Assembly: GCA_963664115.2 (NCBI GenBank) | Contig: CAXWPJ010000004.1 | Span: 32,001-96,000 of the forward strand | DNA length: 64,000 nucleotides | Source: Terriglobia bacterium | GTDB taxonomy: Bacteria; Acidobacteriota; Terriglobia; 20CM-2-55-15 | Reading direction: 5' to 3' | Shown: positions 10,509 through 20,421 of the stretch, piece by piece | How the letters are laid out: each line of letters opens with the position of its first letter | Numbering within the stretch: position 1 is the first letter of the stretch | Made by a program: the position numbers and the translations under genes | The notes under the pieces: model-generated | Database searches by the model: none | What the model saw: only the letters and a program-made list of their open reading frames with translations | Told to the model about the DNA's origin: nothing

Positions 10509-10573
10509 GTCTAATTACCATCTCCCGTCAACCTCGACGGATTTTCAAAGGTCCCCTGGCAGGGGGACCTTTT
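10509..10573 (+). ncRNA. Candidate ~65-nt small RNA, antisense to the upstream region of the Cas2/VapD-like gene
   Basis: Bounded by the promoter at 10473-10502 and the intrinsic terminator at 10547-10573; start site inferred. Confidence 0.35.
10547..10573 (+). terminator. Intrinsic terminator
   Basis: AAAGGTCCCC-TGGCAG-GGGGACCTTT hairpin ending in a T tract. Confidence 0.7.
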
Positions 10574-10646
10574 GCATTATACCCGATGTTTGTTCGGTGC
10601 TACTAATTGTGGCTAGAATTGGGCCGAACGCTACCTGTTGGGCTTT

Positions 10647-10709
10647 TTAGCTCTCGATCAATTCGTTCAGCGTCCAAACGTGATCAGTGAGTCCCGCTTC
10701 CATCGCTGG
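10647..10709 (-). pseudogene. 3' remnant of an IS1-like transposase
   Basis: Minus strand encodes PAMEAGLTDHVWTLNELIES*, similar to TPAMEAGLTDRVWTFEDI in the transposase at 32368-33252. Confidence 0.75.
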
Positions 10710-10751
10710 GGGATTCTTCCGATCATTGCGACCGTTGGCATCGCCATTTTT

Positions 10752-10883
10752 GGTAGTGTCCTAATTTCGATTCCGGGTTGAAGCACCCAGAATATACCCA
10801 GCGATTGCCGATAGAAGAGCAATTATCGCCGCGCCTTCGACCACACCCACAAACGCCAGAACTGCGCCGGTCCCCGCGATCAT
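10752..10883 (-). mobile_element. Orphan IS1-like terminal repeat with a membrane-protein fragment, cut off by IS256
   Basis: GGTAGTGTCCTAATTTC resembles the IR GGTAGTGCATCAGTTTG at 32359; hydrophobic ORF 10761-10883 (MIAGTGAVLAFVGVVEGAAIIALLSAIAGYILG...) stops inside it. Confidence 0.45.
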
Positions 10884-10885
10884 GG

Positions 10886-12270
10886 GAGTTATTGTCAAAA
10901 GTGGTGTTTAGGAGATTGATTCAAGCGGCGGCCTGATCGACTTGTGTCGCTTCGACACCATCGTTGAATTTCACTCCGATGATTACCTTGCTCAGATCAT
11001 CGAATCCTCGTAATCGTCGCCAATTGTTCTCAGCGCACTGGCCCAGTTTGAACATCATGTGCAGCATGCCATCCCGTGTCAGGCAACCTCTGGATCGCTT
11101 CGTTCGGTGTCGAATGGTGGCAAAGGTCGACTCAATGGGATTCGTCGTTCTGATGCTCTGCCAGTGCTTGGCCGGAAAGTCGTAAAAGGCCAGCAGTTCC
11201 TCTCTGTCTTTCTGCAGGCAGAGTGTGGCTTTCGGATACTTCGGTTCATAGGTTTCAATGAACAAGTCGAATGCCTTCTCGGCGTCTGCCTTCGTCTCGG
11301 CCTGCCAGATCGAGTGCAGGGCCTGTTTCGCCTTCGCCTGGACCGACTTGGGCAGGCAGTTGAGGACGTTCATGACTTTGTGCATCCAGCAACGTTGTTG
11401 ACGTGTCTCGGGATAGATTTCCTCCAGTGCGGCCCAGAACCCCATCGCACCGTCACCGATGGCCAACTTCGGAACATTCATCCCACGGGACTTCAGCTTC
11501 AACAAGACCTCGCGCCAACTCTGTGTCGATTCCCGTACACCGTCTTCGATCGCCAGGAAACGCTTCTCTCCGCGTTCATTCACGCCGATCACGACCAATG
11601 CACACAACTTGGTTTGTTCCGCCCGAAGTCCGCTGTAGATGCCGTCGGCCCAGACATAGACCCAGCGATCTGCATCCAAACGCTCCTCGCATCCGAGGCG
11701 GTACTGTTCGCCCCAAACCTGTTTCAACCGCGATACCGTGCTCGCCGACAGACCCTGCGCCTGGGGACCGACAAGAACTTTTAGGGCCTCACCCATCTCG
11801 CCGCTGGAAACGCCTTTCAAATACAACCACGGCACCGCTGCTTCCAGCGACTTCGTCTTCCGAATGTACGGTGGTACCAGGGCCGATCGGAACGTCACAG
11901 CTTCGCCCGTCTTGGCACGGACCTTCGGGATTTGGACTGTTACCGGACCCAATCCCGTCTGCAGTTCGCGTTCCGGCAGATAACCGTTGCGTACCACCCC
12001 GGCGTTTCCTGTCTCAGTTCGCCGGCCACCGTGCTGGGATAGCAGCTCTGCCAATTCGGCTTCCACTGCGCGTTGGATCAGTTGCTGTGCCCCAACTCGT
12101 AGTAGTTCTGTTACTGGATCCTCAATCGTTTCTCGACCTTCCGGTCCATTCACGTTACTCTTGCTCACAGTGGCGTATCTCCTATGGTTGCTTTGAAGTT
12201 TTGTCACAACAAATCAACCAGATACGCCGCTCTTATTCAATCCCTCAAACACCAGATTCGGTTATAACTC
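10886..12270 (-). mobile_element. IS256-family insertion sequence
   Basis: Imperfect IRs GAGTTATTGTCAAAAGTGGTGTTT / GAGTTATAACCGAATCTGGTGTTT; no matching target duplication. Confidence 0.85.
10921..12168 (-). CDS. IS256-family (mutator-type) transposase
   Basis: RNGY, YVWADGI, AIGDGAMGF, QRCWMHK, RTTNPIES motifs; GTG at 12168 with AGGAG RBS. Confidence 0.92.
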   Translation of the reverse strand: MSKSNVNGPEGRETIEDPVTELLRVGAQQLIQRAVEAELAELLSQHGGRRTETGNAGVVRNGYLPERELQTGLGPVTVQIPKVRAKTGEAVTFRSALVPPYIRKTKSLEAAVPWLYLKGVSSGEMGEALKVLVGPQAQGLSASTVSRLKQVWGEQYRLGCEERLDADRWVYVWADGIYSGLRAEQTKLCALVVIGVNERGEKRFLAIEDGVRESTQSWREVLLKLKSRGMNVPKLAIGDGAMGFWAALEEIYPETRQQRCWMHKVMNVLNCLPKSVQAKAKQALHSIWQAETKADAEKAFDLFIETYEPKYPKATLCLQKDREELLAFYDFPAKHWQSIRTTNPIESTFATIRHRTKRSRGCLTRDGMLHMMFKLGQCAENNWRRLRGFDDLSKVIIGVKFNDGVEATQVDQAAA

Positions 12271-14544
12271 GGCATGAACCTTTGCCACCCCGGTCATTTC
12301 GGCTTTCAGTGCCGCGTCCTCATTAGGCAGCTCAGTGCGGACCTTGACGAACCGTTCGGTGCCGATGGTTTCCGCTACTGGTGCGATAAAGTCCACGCGT
12401 CCTTGGAAGTCGCGCGCGGGATAGGACCGGACCTTCAGCATGACCGGGCTGCCGGGGTGGACGTCGGCCATTTCCTTTTCCGGAACCAGCATCTCGGCAG
12501 AAACGCGGTCCACATCCACGATCCGGGCCAGCTCGTCGCCGGGCAAGAGGTGACTGTGCAACAGGCGTTCGACGAACGGCGTGACGACGGTTCCCGAGAT
12601 CGGGGCGCGGATCGTGCTCTTCTTGACCTCCTCGTCCAGGATCTTTCGCTGAGATTCCAGCGTCCGGACTTCGGCTTGCCGTTGCTGGATTTCTTCGGAC
12701 CTGAATCCGGCCCTCAGGAGAACTAACGCACTCCGGGACTCAGCCAGCTCCCGCTCCTTGAGGTCTTCTTCGCGGTCGTTGGATTCGGTCAGGATGTCGA
12801 GCGAAGTGGCGGTTTCGGCCACCGCACTCCTCTGAATTTCGAACTCCGTTTCGGCTTTCTCCATGTCGACACGCGGGCCCAGCCCCTCTTCGAACAGATC
12901 GCGCGTTCGGCCAAATTCAATCTCAGCCAGGCGCAGTTCCGTCTGTTCGCGCACCAGGCCTTGCTCCAGCTGGGTACGTTGCTGTAGGTTGCGCCGGACG
13001 TTGGTCAGCTCGGTTTCTTTCGTGGCCACCAACCGTTCTGCGCGGTCCACTTCTTCGGCCCGCGGCCCGGCCACCAAGAGCGCCAGCTCGGCCTGCTTCT
13101 GTTCCAGCTGGCCATTGATGAGAGAGAGATCGCGATCCTTGTCAAAGTCGTACAGCACGGCGATGACGTCGCCTGCCTCGACGCGGCTGCCTTCACGGAC
13201 CATGATTTCAGCCACGGTGCCCTCAGTCTCCGAACGGACGACGGCCTCCTGTCGCGGAAGGATGCGGAAGTCCGACGCAATCCTCAGCTCCCACGGGATG
13301 ACAAAGGTCGCCAGCAAAAGCACAAAGGCGATTCCCAGGTTGCGGTATTTCTTGAAAGCGGCCCGTGCCACCAGGGCCTTCGCCCCTGCGACGGGTTCGG
13401 TGGCGGTGCGCTTGATGGTGAGACCTGAAAACATAACAAAGCCGACCAACCCGGCAAAAGCGAAGTACGAGGTGGCCAGTATGAAGATGTTAACGTAAAC
13501 CACCGTAAGCAGTAACGTTGAAAAGGTCAGCGATATCCCGCCGTAGAGGAGCAGGGCCCGGCGGTGAGCACCGGTGAGCAAGGGTTCGGCCTTGCCCGCG
13601 ATCCAGGCGTGGACGGCCTGAAAGGCTTTGGCGCGGAGGTTTGGGATCTCCAGGTAGTCGCTCAGTATGTAGTAGCCGTCCAGCTTGATCAGGGGATTGA
13701 AGTTGAACAGCGTTCGGAGTCCGGCGAACAAGATAATGATCAGCGCGATCTGGCCGATGAGGGTGTCTTCCGCCGCAATGCGCCAGACGATGAGCGCCAG
13801 GCCCCATATCACCAGCTGGAAGTAGCCGCCTGCAAACGTCACCCACATCCTGTCCCGTCGCTTGGGAAACATCCACGAATCGCTGACGTCGCAGAAAAGG
13901 GCCGGGGCAAAGTAGATCAGCATGAAACCCAGCTTACGCACTTTGCCACCGAAGTAACGGCAGGTCAGACCGTGCGCAAATTCGTGCAAGGTCACCACGC
14001 ACACTACGACCATCCAGATCATCAGGAAGCCATACACGCTGATCAACGACGTCATCTGGTTACCCAGTCGGTTGCCGTTGGAAAAGCTGATGAAGAATCC
14101 GGTGAGGATGATCAGGACCGCGAAGACGTGGAACGTCGGAGTGAAGCACCAGCGGACCTTGGGAAACAGCCATTCGAAGACGCGTTCGGCATCGAGGGAA
14201 AAGAGCTGGTAGTACAGAAGGTTTTGGTCTTTCGATTTTCTAGCCTTGTATTCGGCGATCTCTTCGAGGACCTGGGGTGTGTCGAGCAGTTGCTTCTGTT
14301 CAAGGGAGTGGATCAGGCCCTCGAGCGATTTGGCCTTGACGGGCACGCCGAAGCGGGCCGCGGCGGCCTTCGCCAGCGATTCCAGATCGATCGGCTCGCG
14401 GATCAGTTCGAGAATGATGCCCTGGTTCTCGGTGAAGCGCAGATAGCGATTCGTCACCGGATCCTTCACGACGACGTAATTGATGCCGTGTTGGGTCTGG
14501 TTCGAGAACTCCAGTTCGGTCCGCAGGCTGTAAAGCGCTGACAT
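12262..14544 (-). CDS. PqqD/RRE-like domain + M50 zinc metalloprotease + HlyD-like adaptor fusion, C-terminus truncated by IS256
   Basis: VVKDPVTNRY N-terminal domain, HEFAH and NPLIKLDGYY M50 motifs, lipoyl-like VREGSRVEAGD, coiled coil, IRAPISGTV; last codons (EL*) come from the IS256 end. Confidence 0.8.
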   Translation of the reverse strand: MSALYSLRTELEFSNQTQHGINYVVVKDPVTNRYLRFTENQGIILELIREPIDLESLAKAAAARFGVPVKAKSLEGLIHSLEQKQLLDTPQVLEEIAEYKARKSKDQNLLYYQLFSLDAERVFEWLFPKVRWCFTPTFHVFAVLIILTGFFISFSNGNRLGNQMTSLISVYGFLMIWMVVVCVVTLHEFAHGLTCRYFGGKVRKLGFMLIYFAPALFCDVSDSWMFPKRRDRMWVTFAGGYFQLVIWGLALIVWRIAAEDTLIGQIALIIILFAGLRTLFNFNPLIKLDGYYILSDYLEIPNLRAKAFQAVHAWIAGKAEPLLTGAHRRALLLYGGISLTFSTLLLTVVYVNIFILATSYFAFAGLVGFVMFSGLTIKRTATEPVAGAKALVARAAFKKYRNLGIAFVLLLATFVIPWELRIASDFRILPRQEAVVRSETEGTVAEIMVREGSRVEAGDVIAVLYDFDKDRDLSLINGQLEQKQAELALLVAGPRAEEVDRAERLVATKETELTNVRRNLQQRTQLEQGLVREQTELRLAEIEFGRTRDLFEEGLGPRVDMEKAETEFEIQRSAVAETATSLDILTESNDREEDLKERELAESRSALVLLRAGFRSEEIQQRQAEVRTLESQRKILDEEVKKSTIRAPISGTVVTPFVERLLHSHLLPGDELARIVDVDRVSAEMLVPEKEMADVHPGSPVMLKVRSYPARDFQGRVDFIAPVAETIGTERFVKVRTELPNEDAALKAEMTGVAKVHAEL

Positions 14545-14565
14545 CTCTTTACCTTATATAACAAG

Positions 14566-14595
14566 AAGACCCTGCGAATCGCTTCGCAGGGTCTT
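14566..14595. terminator. Hairpin terminator downstream of the cold-shock gene
   Basis: 13-bp stem AAGACCCTGCGAA-TCGC-TTCGCAGGGTCTT. Confidence 0.7.
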
Positions 14596-14625
14596 GTTTT
14601 CTGGTAGAAACAGAATTTGAGCCGT

Positions 14626-14835
14626 CTATTCGGGCAAAGTCACGTTTTCGGCCTGAAAGCCTTTGGGTCCTTCCGTGATGGTGAATTCGACGTCTTCGCC
14701 TTCTTTCAAGGTCCGGTACCCCTCGGACTCGATCGCCGAATAGTGGACAAACACGTCCCCACCGCTGGCCCGTTCAATGAAACCGAAACCCTTTTTATTG
14801 TTGAACCACTTGACCTTGCCTATTTCCTTACTCAT
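14626..14835 (-). CDS. Cold-shock protein (CspA family)
   Basis: GKVKWFN, KGFGFI (RNP1), VFVHYS (RNP2). Confidence 0.95.
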   Translation of the reverse strand: MSKEIGKVKWFNNKKGFGFIERASGGDVFVHYSAIESEGYRTLKEGEDVEFTITEGPKGFQAENVTLPE

Positions 14836-15098
14836 GGCTCTACACTCCTTTTACTTATGTAACTGTTTCTTGTCCGGCCGAACGGCGTACGAAAAGGTGG
14901 GCTGTCGAGGAGATTCGGTTTCAGCAGACCGCTCTTTTCTTCGTCTTTTTTAGCCGTAAAGTGTGGACCGCCGCATTATATCTTAGGCTCCAAAGGTGTC
15001 AACTCAATACGGATTTTCCCATCGACTCACACGGAATGCATCCGTTCAAAGTCGTGCGTCTTCAGTTTCGGCAGTAAGTTCGGGCGAATTTTTGTGGT

Positions 15099-16133
15099 TC
15101 AGAGAAACAGTGTGCAGTCGCCGTAACTGTAGAAGCGATAGCCGTGAACGATTGCATGTTGGTAGGTGTCAAGAACCAGTTCTCGGGAGGCAAAGGCTGA
15201 AACCAGCAGGAGCAGGGTAGAGCGTGGCAGGTGGAAGTTTGTCAACAGGCCATCGACGGCGGCGAATCGGTGACCGGGAAGAATGTAGAGGTCGGTTTGC
15301 CCGGTCCCCGCACGGAATCGGTCGTGTTTCGCCAAGATGTGTTCGAGCGTGCGCGTTGTGGTCGTGCCCACGGCGATAATGCGCCGGCCTTCGGCTCGCG
15401 CCTCGTTCAACTGTTCCGCGGCCGATTCAGAGATTTCGAACCGCTCGGCTTTCAGCTGGTGTTGGGCCGGGTCATCGGTGCGCACCGGTATGAAAGTGCC
15501 GATACCGACATGCAATGTCAGCTCTGCAGTTCGAATGCCAGCGGCTTCGAGCGATGCAAATACGCTGTGGGAGAAGTGCAAGCCAGCCGTGGGTGCGGCG
15601 ATGGCGCCGTCTCGGTTGGCGTAAACGGTCTGGTAGTCGGTTTCGTCCGCAGACCGGTCATCCCGATCCATATAGGGCGGTAAAGGCAGGTGACCGTCTC
15701 TTTCAAGAATTTCGAGAATCGTTGGCCCGGAAGTATCGATCAGCGAAAGAGTCCGAAGCCCATGCACCCCCCGTTCACCCACTTCGAGAGCAACATTGTT
15801 CTCCAGGGCGATCCGATCGCCCTCGCGAACACGGCGGCCCGGATGAAGTAGTGCTTCCCAGGAGTGTCGGTCGATTGGGTCGGCGAACAGTAGTTCGACA
15901 CTCCGGCCGGTGCGCTCCAGGGTACCGAAGAGGCGGGCTTTCAAAACTCGGGTGTTGTTCAGAACCAGCAGGTCGCCCTGTTTGAGGTGGGTTGCCAATA
16001 CGTCAAACGTCGAATCTGTCCAGGTTCTGCGAGTCCGGTTCACCACCAGCAATCGGGACCGGTCCCGTGGGCGTGCGGGCGTTTCGGCGATACGATTGCT
16101 CGGTAAATCGTATTCGTAATCGGCCAGCGACAT
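15099..16133 (-). CDS. queA: S-adenosylmethionine:tRNA ribosyltransferase-isomerase
   Basis: MSLADYEYDLP, LVLNNTRV, PLPPY, YQTVYA, AAPTAGLHF, TNFHLPRSTL, YRFYSYGD; alternative start 16181. Confidence 0.95.
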   Translation of the reverse strand: MSLADYEYDLPSNRIAETPARPRDRSRLLVVNRTRRTWTDSTFDVLATHLKQGDLLVLNNTRVLKARLFGTLERTGRSVELLFADPIDRHSWEALLHPGRRVREGDRIALENNVALEVGERGVHGLRTLSLIDTSGPTILEILERDGHLPLPPYMDRDDRSADETDYQTVYANRDGAIAAPTAGLHFSHSVFASLEAAGIRTAELTLHVGIGTFIPVRTDDPAQHQLKAERFEISESAAEQLNEARAEGRRIIAVGTTTTRTLEHILAKHDRFRAGTGQTDLYILPGHRFAAVDGLLTNFHLPRSTLLLLVSAFASRELVLDTYQHAIVHGYRFYSYGDCTLFL

Positions 16134-16289
16134 GGGGGTCCGCACGCTATCCGAGCTATTATCAGTCTTGTCAGGGTCCATCTTTGATTCGGCGGCTTGG
16201 CGACGATTTACTGATTGAATAATATAAGTATATCATTTCAAATAACATACCGGATAGCTCAGGGTGAGGACTCATCGGTAATTTTCTAT

Positions 16290-16319
16290 ATTGACATTAA
16301 ACGACTCAGGTTTTATTAT
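16290..16319 (+). promoter_or_regulatory. sigma70 promoter of hsp20-clpB with an overlapping HAIR-like operator
   Basis: TTGACA(16291)-N17-TATTAT(16314); ATTGACA-N7-ACTCAGG resembles the HspR site CTTGAGT-N7-ACTCAAG. Confidence 0.6.
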
Positions 16320-16347
16320 ATGTGGAGACTAACTTTTAGAGGAGGAC

Positions 16348-16797
16348 ATGATGATGGCAGTCATTCGATGGGATCCCTTTCGAGACCTCAATACCTTGCA
16401 GGACAGGATGAATCGGCTCTTCGAGGATGCAAACCGCGGATCGAGGTCTGAAGACGCTTCGAGCACCACCGCGTGGAGTCCCGCCGTCGACATTCACGAA
16501 ACCGACGTGGAGATCGTCGTCAAGGCAGAGCTTCCAGGAATGGACCGAAAGGATATCGAGCTGAATCTGGAGAACAACGTGCTCACGCTTAGGGGAAACC
16601 GCGAGTTCGAGAAGGAGGACAAGGACGAAAACTATCACCGCATCGAGCGTGCTTATGGCGGATTCAGCCGATCCTTCTCGATTCCGGCCGTTGTGGACGA
16701 CGCGAAGATCCGGGCCGACTACAAGGAAGGCGTATTGACGATCGCTCTTCCGAAAACGCAGAAGGCGAAGCCAAAGCAAATCAAGATCGAAAGCTGA
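16348..16797 (+). CDS. Hsp20/alpha-crystallin small heat-shock protein
   Basis: RWDPFRDL, PAVDIHE, AELPG, ERAYGGFSRSF, YKEGVLTIALPK; GGAGGA RBS. Confidence 0.95.
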   Translation: MMMAVIRWDPFRDLNTLQDRMNRLFEDANRGSRSEDASSTTAWSPAVDIHETDVEIVVKAELPGMDRKDIELNLENNVLTLRGNREFEKEDKDENYHRIERAYGGFSRSFSIPAVVDDAKIRADYKEGVLTIALPKTQKAKPKQIKIES

Positions 16798-16812
16798 CCG
16801 AGGCCGAATACT

Positions 16813-19386
16813 ATGATTCGTTTTGATAGATTTACCCAGAAAGCGCAGGAGGCGCTCCACTCGGCCCAGGGGCATGCCACCGAGCACCGGCATTCGCAGT
16901 TGGGGCCGGAACATCTGCTCTGGGCGTTAATCGAACAGAAAGACGGTGTCGTGCTTGCTGTCCTTCAGAAGCTCGGCACCGACGTTTCTAAATTGGCTCA
17001 GGGCATGGCCGATGCCGTCGCCGGCCTTGCGCGCCTGGGCGCCCCGGCCGAAGTCCAACTCTCCCCCCAGCTTGGAAACATTCTCCAGGCGGCGGAAACC
17101 GAAGCCGCACAATTCAAAGACGAATACGTCAGCACCGAACACCTGCTCATTGCCATGACAGGCGCGACCGATGAAGCTGTATCCCGATTACTCGAGGCCC
17201 ACGGAGTTACGAAGGACGCGATCCTCAAAGTTCTGGTGTCCATCCGGGGTTCGCAGAAGATTACCGATCCGAATCCTGAAGAAAAGTATCAGGCCCTGGA
17301 GCGCTACTCTCACGACCTGACCGAACTGGCGCGTGGGGGCAAGCTCGATCCCGTCATTGGACGGGATGAAGAGATACGACGCGTGGTACAGGTGCTGTCG
17401 CGTCGCACCAAGAACAATCCCGTTCTCATCGGCGAACCCGGAGTCGGCAAGACTGCCATCGCCGAGGGTCTGGCACAGCGCATCGTTGGCGGTGATGTTC
17501 CCGAATCCTTGAAAAACAAACGGCTCGTATCGCTCGACCTGGGTTCGATGATCGCGGGGACGAAATATCGGGGTGAGTTTGAAGACCGATTAAAAGCGGT
17601 CTTGAAAGAAATAGACGAGGCGGCCGGACAGGTGGTTCTGTTTATAGACGAACTTCACACACTCGTAGGCGCAGGCGGCGGAGAGGGTTCCATGGATGCG
17701 TCCAACATGCTCAAGCCCGCACTGGCTCGCGGTGAGCTGCGCTGTATCGGCGCGACGACGCTCAACGAATATCAGAAGTACATCGAGCGGGACAAAGCGC
17801 TGGAACGCCGCTTCCAGAAAGTACAGGTCGGCGAGCCCAACCCCGAAGACACCATCTCAATCTTGCGCGGATTGAAAGAACGCTACGAAGTCCACCATGG
17901 CGTAAGGATCAAGGACTCGGCCATTCTGGCCGCCGCGCTCTTATCGAATCGCTACATCACAGACCGGTTTCTACCCGACAAGGCCATCGATTTGATCGAC
18001 GAGGCCGCCGCCAGCCTGCGGATGCAGATCGACTCGATGCCGGTGGAGATCGACACCACCGAACGCGCGATCGTGGGCTTGGAGATCGAGCGTCAGGCTT
18101 TGAGCAAGGAAAGGGATCGTGCGTCCTTGGATCGTTTGGTCGAGTTGGAAAAGGAACTCGGTGACCTCAGCGAACAGGCCACGCGCATGAAAGCGCGATG
18201 GCAGTCCGAGAAGGAAGGTATTCAGTCCATCCGATCGCTCAAAGAGCAACTCGAGCAGACGCGGATCGAAGAACAGCAAGCCGAGCGCGAAGGTGATTTG
18301 AGCCGGGTGGCCGAAATCCGTTACGGACGCGTTCACGAACTGGAAAAGCAAATCGAAGACGCCAACCAGCGCCTGGCCGATCAGGGGCCCGACGAGCGGA
18401 TGCTCAAGGAAGAAGTCGACGAAGAAGACGTTGCGCGCATCGTTGCGAAGTGGACGGGGATTCCCGTCAGCAAGATGCTCGAAAGCGAGATGCAGAAACT
18501 TGTCCAGATGGAAGACCTGCTGGAAGAGCGTGTCGTTGGTCAGAGAGAAGGCCTGGGCGCCGTGGCCAATGCCATCCGCCGCGCACGCGCCGGTCTGCAG
18601 GACACAGACCAGCCGATCGGAGTGTTTCTGTTCCTTGGACCCACTGGAGTGGGAAAGACCGAAACCGCCCGCGCTGTGGCCGAATTCCTCTTCGATGACG
18701 AACGCAACATCGTTCGCCTCGATATGAGCGAGTACATGGAAAAGCATTCGGTGTCCCGCTTGATTGGCGCGCCTCCGGGCTACGTCGGCTACGAAGAAGG
18801 TGGACAGCTCACAGAAAGTGTCCGGCGGCGGCCATACGCTGTCGTCCTGCTCGACGAAATCGAAAAAGCACATCCCGATGTGTGGAACATCCTGCTCCAG
18901 ATCTTCGATGACGGCCGACTGACTGACGGAAAGGGCCGCACGGTGGATTTCAAGAACACCGTCCTCATCATGACGTCCAACTTCGCCGTGTCCGGTGCCG
19001 AAGCTGATGTCCGGCAGGCGCTGGGCGCGCAGTTCAAGCCCGAGTTCCTGAACCGCATTGACGACATCGTTCGCTTTCATTCGCTCGGTAGCGAGGAGAT
19101 TGTCCAGATCATCGACATTCAGCTTGCCATTCTGAGAAAGCATCTTGAGGAAAAGAAGATTACGTTGGAGTTGACCTCGAGCGCGCGCGAAGCCCTTTTT
19201 CGTGAAGGTTACGACCCCACATTCGGTGCAAGGCCACTCAAGCGCGCAATCCAGCGGCTCGTCGCAAATCCACTATCGATGAAGATCCTTCAAGGTGAGA
19301 TTTCCACCGGAGCGCATGTCGTGGTAGATGCGGGTGCGGATGGGGAGTGGGTGTTCGAGGCGGGTTCGATCGACGTCGAGGCCTGA
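16813..19386 (+). CDS. clpB: ATP-dependent disaggregase ClpB
   Basis: Two AAA+ modules ([16 protein letters not shown]), KYRGEFE, long coiled-coil M domain, GARPLKR; 857 aa. Confidence 0.95.
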   Translation: MIRFDRFTQKAQEALHSAQGHATEHRHSQLGPEHLLWALIEQKDGVVLAVLQKLGTDVSKLAQGMADAVAGLARLGAPAEVQLSPQLGNILQAAETEAAQFKDEYVSTEHLLIAMTGATDEAVSRLLEAHGVTKDAILKVLVSIRGSQKITDPNPEEKYQALERYSHDLTELARGGKLDPVIGRDEEIRRVVQVLSRRTKNNPVLIGEPGVGKTAIAEGLAQRIVGGDVPESLKNKRLVSLDLGSMIAGTKYRGEFEDRLKAVLKEIDEAAGQVVLFIDELHTLVGAGGGEGSMDASNMLKPALARGELRCIGATTLNEYQKYIERDKALERRFQKVQVGEPNPEDTISILRGLKERYEVHHGVRIKDSAILAAALLSNRYITDRFLPDKAIDLIDEAAASLRMQIDSMPVEIDTTERAIVGLEIERQALSKERDRASLDRLVELEKELGDLSEQATRMKARWQSEKEGIQSIRSLKEQLEQTRIEEQQAEREGDLSRVAEIRYGRVHELEKQIEDANQRLADQGPDERMLKEEVDEEDVARIVAKWTGIPVSKMLESEMQKLVQMEDLLEERVVGQREGLGAVANAIRRARAGLQDTDQPIGVFLFLGPTGVGKTETARAVAEFLFDDERNIVRLDMSEYMEKHSVSRLIGAPPGYVGYEEGGQLTESVRRRPYAVVLLDEIEKAHPDVWNILLQIFDDGRLTDGKGRTVDFKNTVLIMTSNFAVSGAEADVRQALGAQFKPEFLNRIDDIVRFHSLGSEEIVQIIDIQLAILRKHLEEKKITLELTSSAREALFREGYDPTFGARPLKRAIQRLVANPLSMKILQGEISTGAHVVVDAGADGEWVFEAGSIDVEA

Positions 19387-19432
19387 TAAAGGCCCCGACA
19401 GCCGTACTTGGTAAAACGTCTATCCAGTTGTC

Positions 19433-20341
19433 TTAGTCGTCGTTGCCTCCGATGCGTGGGGGATTGCGAACGTCGTCGTCATACTTCGACTCATTTGCGA
19501 AATACACTTCGCGGCGTGTGGAGTCGGCGTCACACTCCCAGTGGGAGTCCATCGCTTCGTCGGTTTTGACCCAGTAATGATGGAAGGTATAGGGTTGGGT
19601 CAAGAACTGGGGATCGTCCACCGTGATTTCGATATCCACCCTGTTCGGGTTAGTGAACGTGTAGTACTCGGTGACTTGCTTTTCAACTGACGTGGCGATG
19701 TGTCCGTGGTCGTCGAACCCGCTCGGATCGAAGGTGTAGTTGGCGCTGTGGATAACCAGACCGTCATCTACGAAGCGGCCGATCGAGTGTCCCTGGTAGA
19801 ACTGCTCACCCTCAGGCGGATGGGGCCGCCCATCGATCCAGACCTTGCGTTCGACTCCGCCCATTTCGTAATAGATAAAAAGGTGGTCCCTTTTCAGTTG
19901 GATATTGAATTTCAGGACGTCTCCCAGAAGCGTGGGTATCGTGTTCGCACCGCACGAGTAGAGCGGTGACTGGATCTCGTCGAAGTACTCAATCCAGGCG
20001 AGAGCCCTCTCGTTCAAAGCCATATCGTCGACGATCACTGCGCAGTTATTCCGGGGAAGGCCGTTCTGGTCTACCAGAAAGCCGCAGTCGCCCCTCGAAT
20101 ACGACTGGCCGTCCCGGCTCCAGCTTCCGATGAAGCTATAGGCTTCGGGGGGCAGCGCGCCGGCGGGCTGCGCGAAAAGCTCCCCAACGTTGACGCTCTG
20201 CCCAGGAAGCTCTCCCACGCCTACAACTATCATGAGCGCCATCGAGGCACTGAGGAACCACGCGATACGTCTTCCCTGATTCGCTTTCCTACCGATTGAT
20301 GCCATGATCAAACTTCTCCTGTTGCCTATGATTCGTTCCAT
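19433..20341 (-). CDS. Exported hypothetical protein, typical DUF6152 partner
   Basis: N-terminal hydrophobic segment; RKVWIDGRPHP, GHSIGRF, ITVDDP and WEC motifs; directly downstream of the DUF6152 gene. Confidence 0.7.
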   Translation of the reverse strand: MERIIGNRRSLIMASIGRKANQGRRIAWFLSASMALMIVVGVGELPGQSVNVGELFAQPAGALPPEAYSFIGSWSRDGQSYSRGDCGFLVDQNGLPRNNCAVIVDDMALNERALAWIEYFDEIQSPLYSCGANTIPTLLGDVLKFNIQLKRDHLFIYYEMGGVERKVWIDGRPHPPEGEQFYQGHSIGRFVDDGLVIHSANYTFDPSGFDDHGHIATSVEKQVTEYYTFTNPNRVDIEITVDDPQFLTQPYTFHHYWVKTDEAMDSHWECDADSTRREVYFANESKYDDDVRNPPRIGGNDD

Positions 20342-20421
20342 GAAACGCTCGCGGCGCTCGGTGTTATCTGAGCGCCGCAGTCGTTCTGTAATTGTTTCGA
20401 TTACCTGTCATGTCATGGCGA

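Noticed and set aside
17971-19143. 390-aa minus-strand ORF
   Set aside because: Antisense shadow of clpB.
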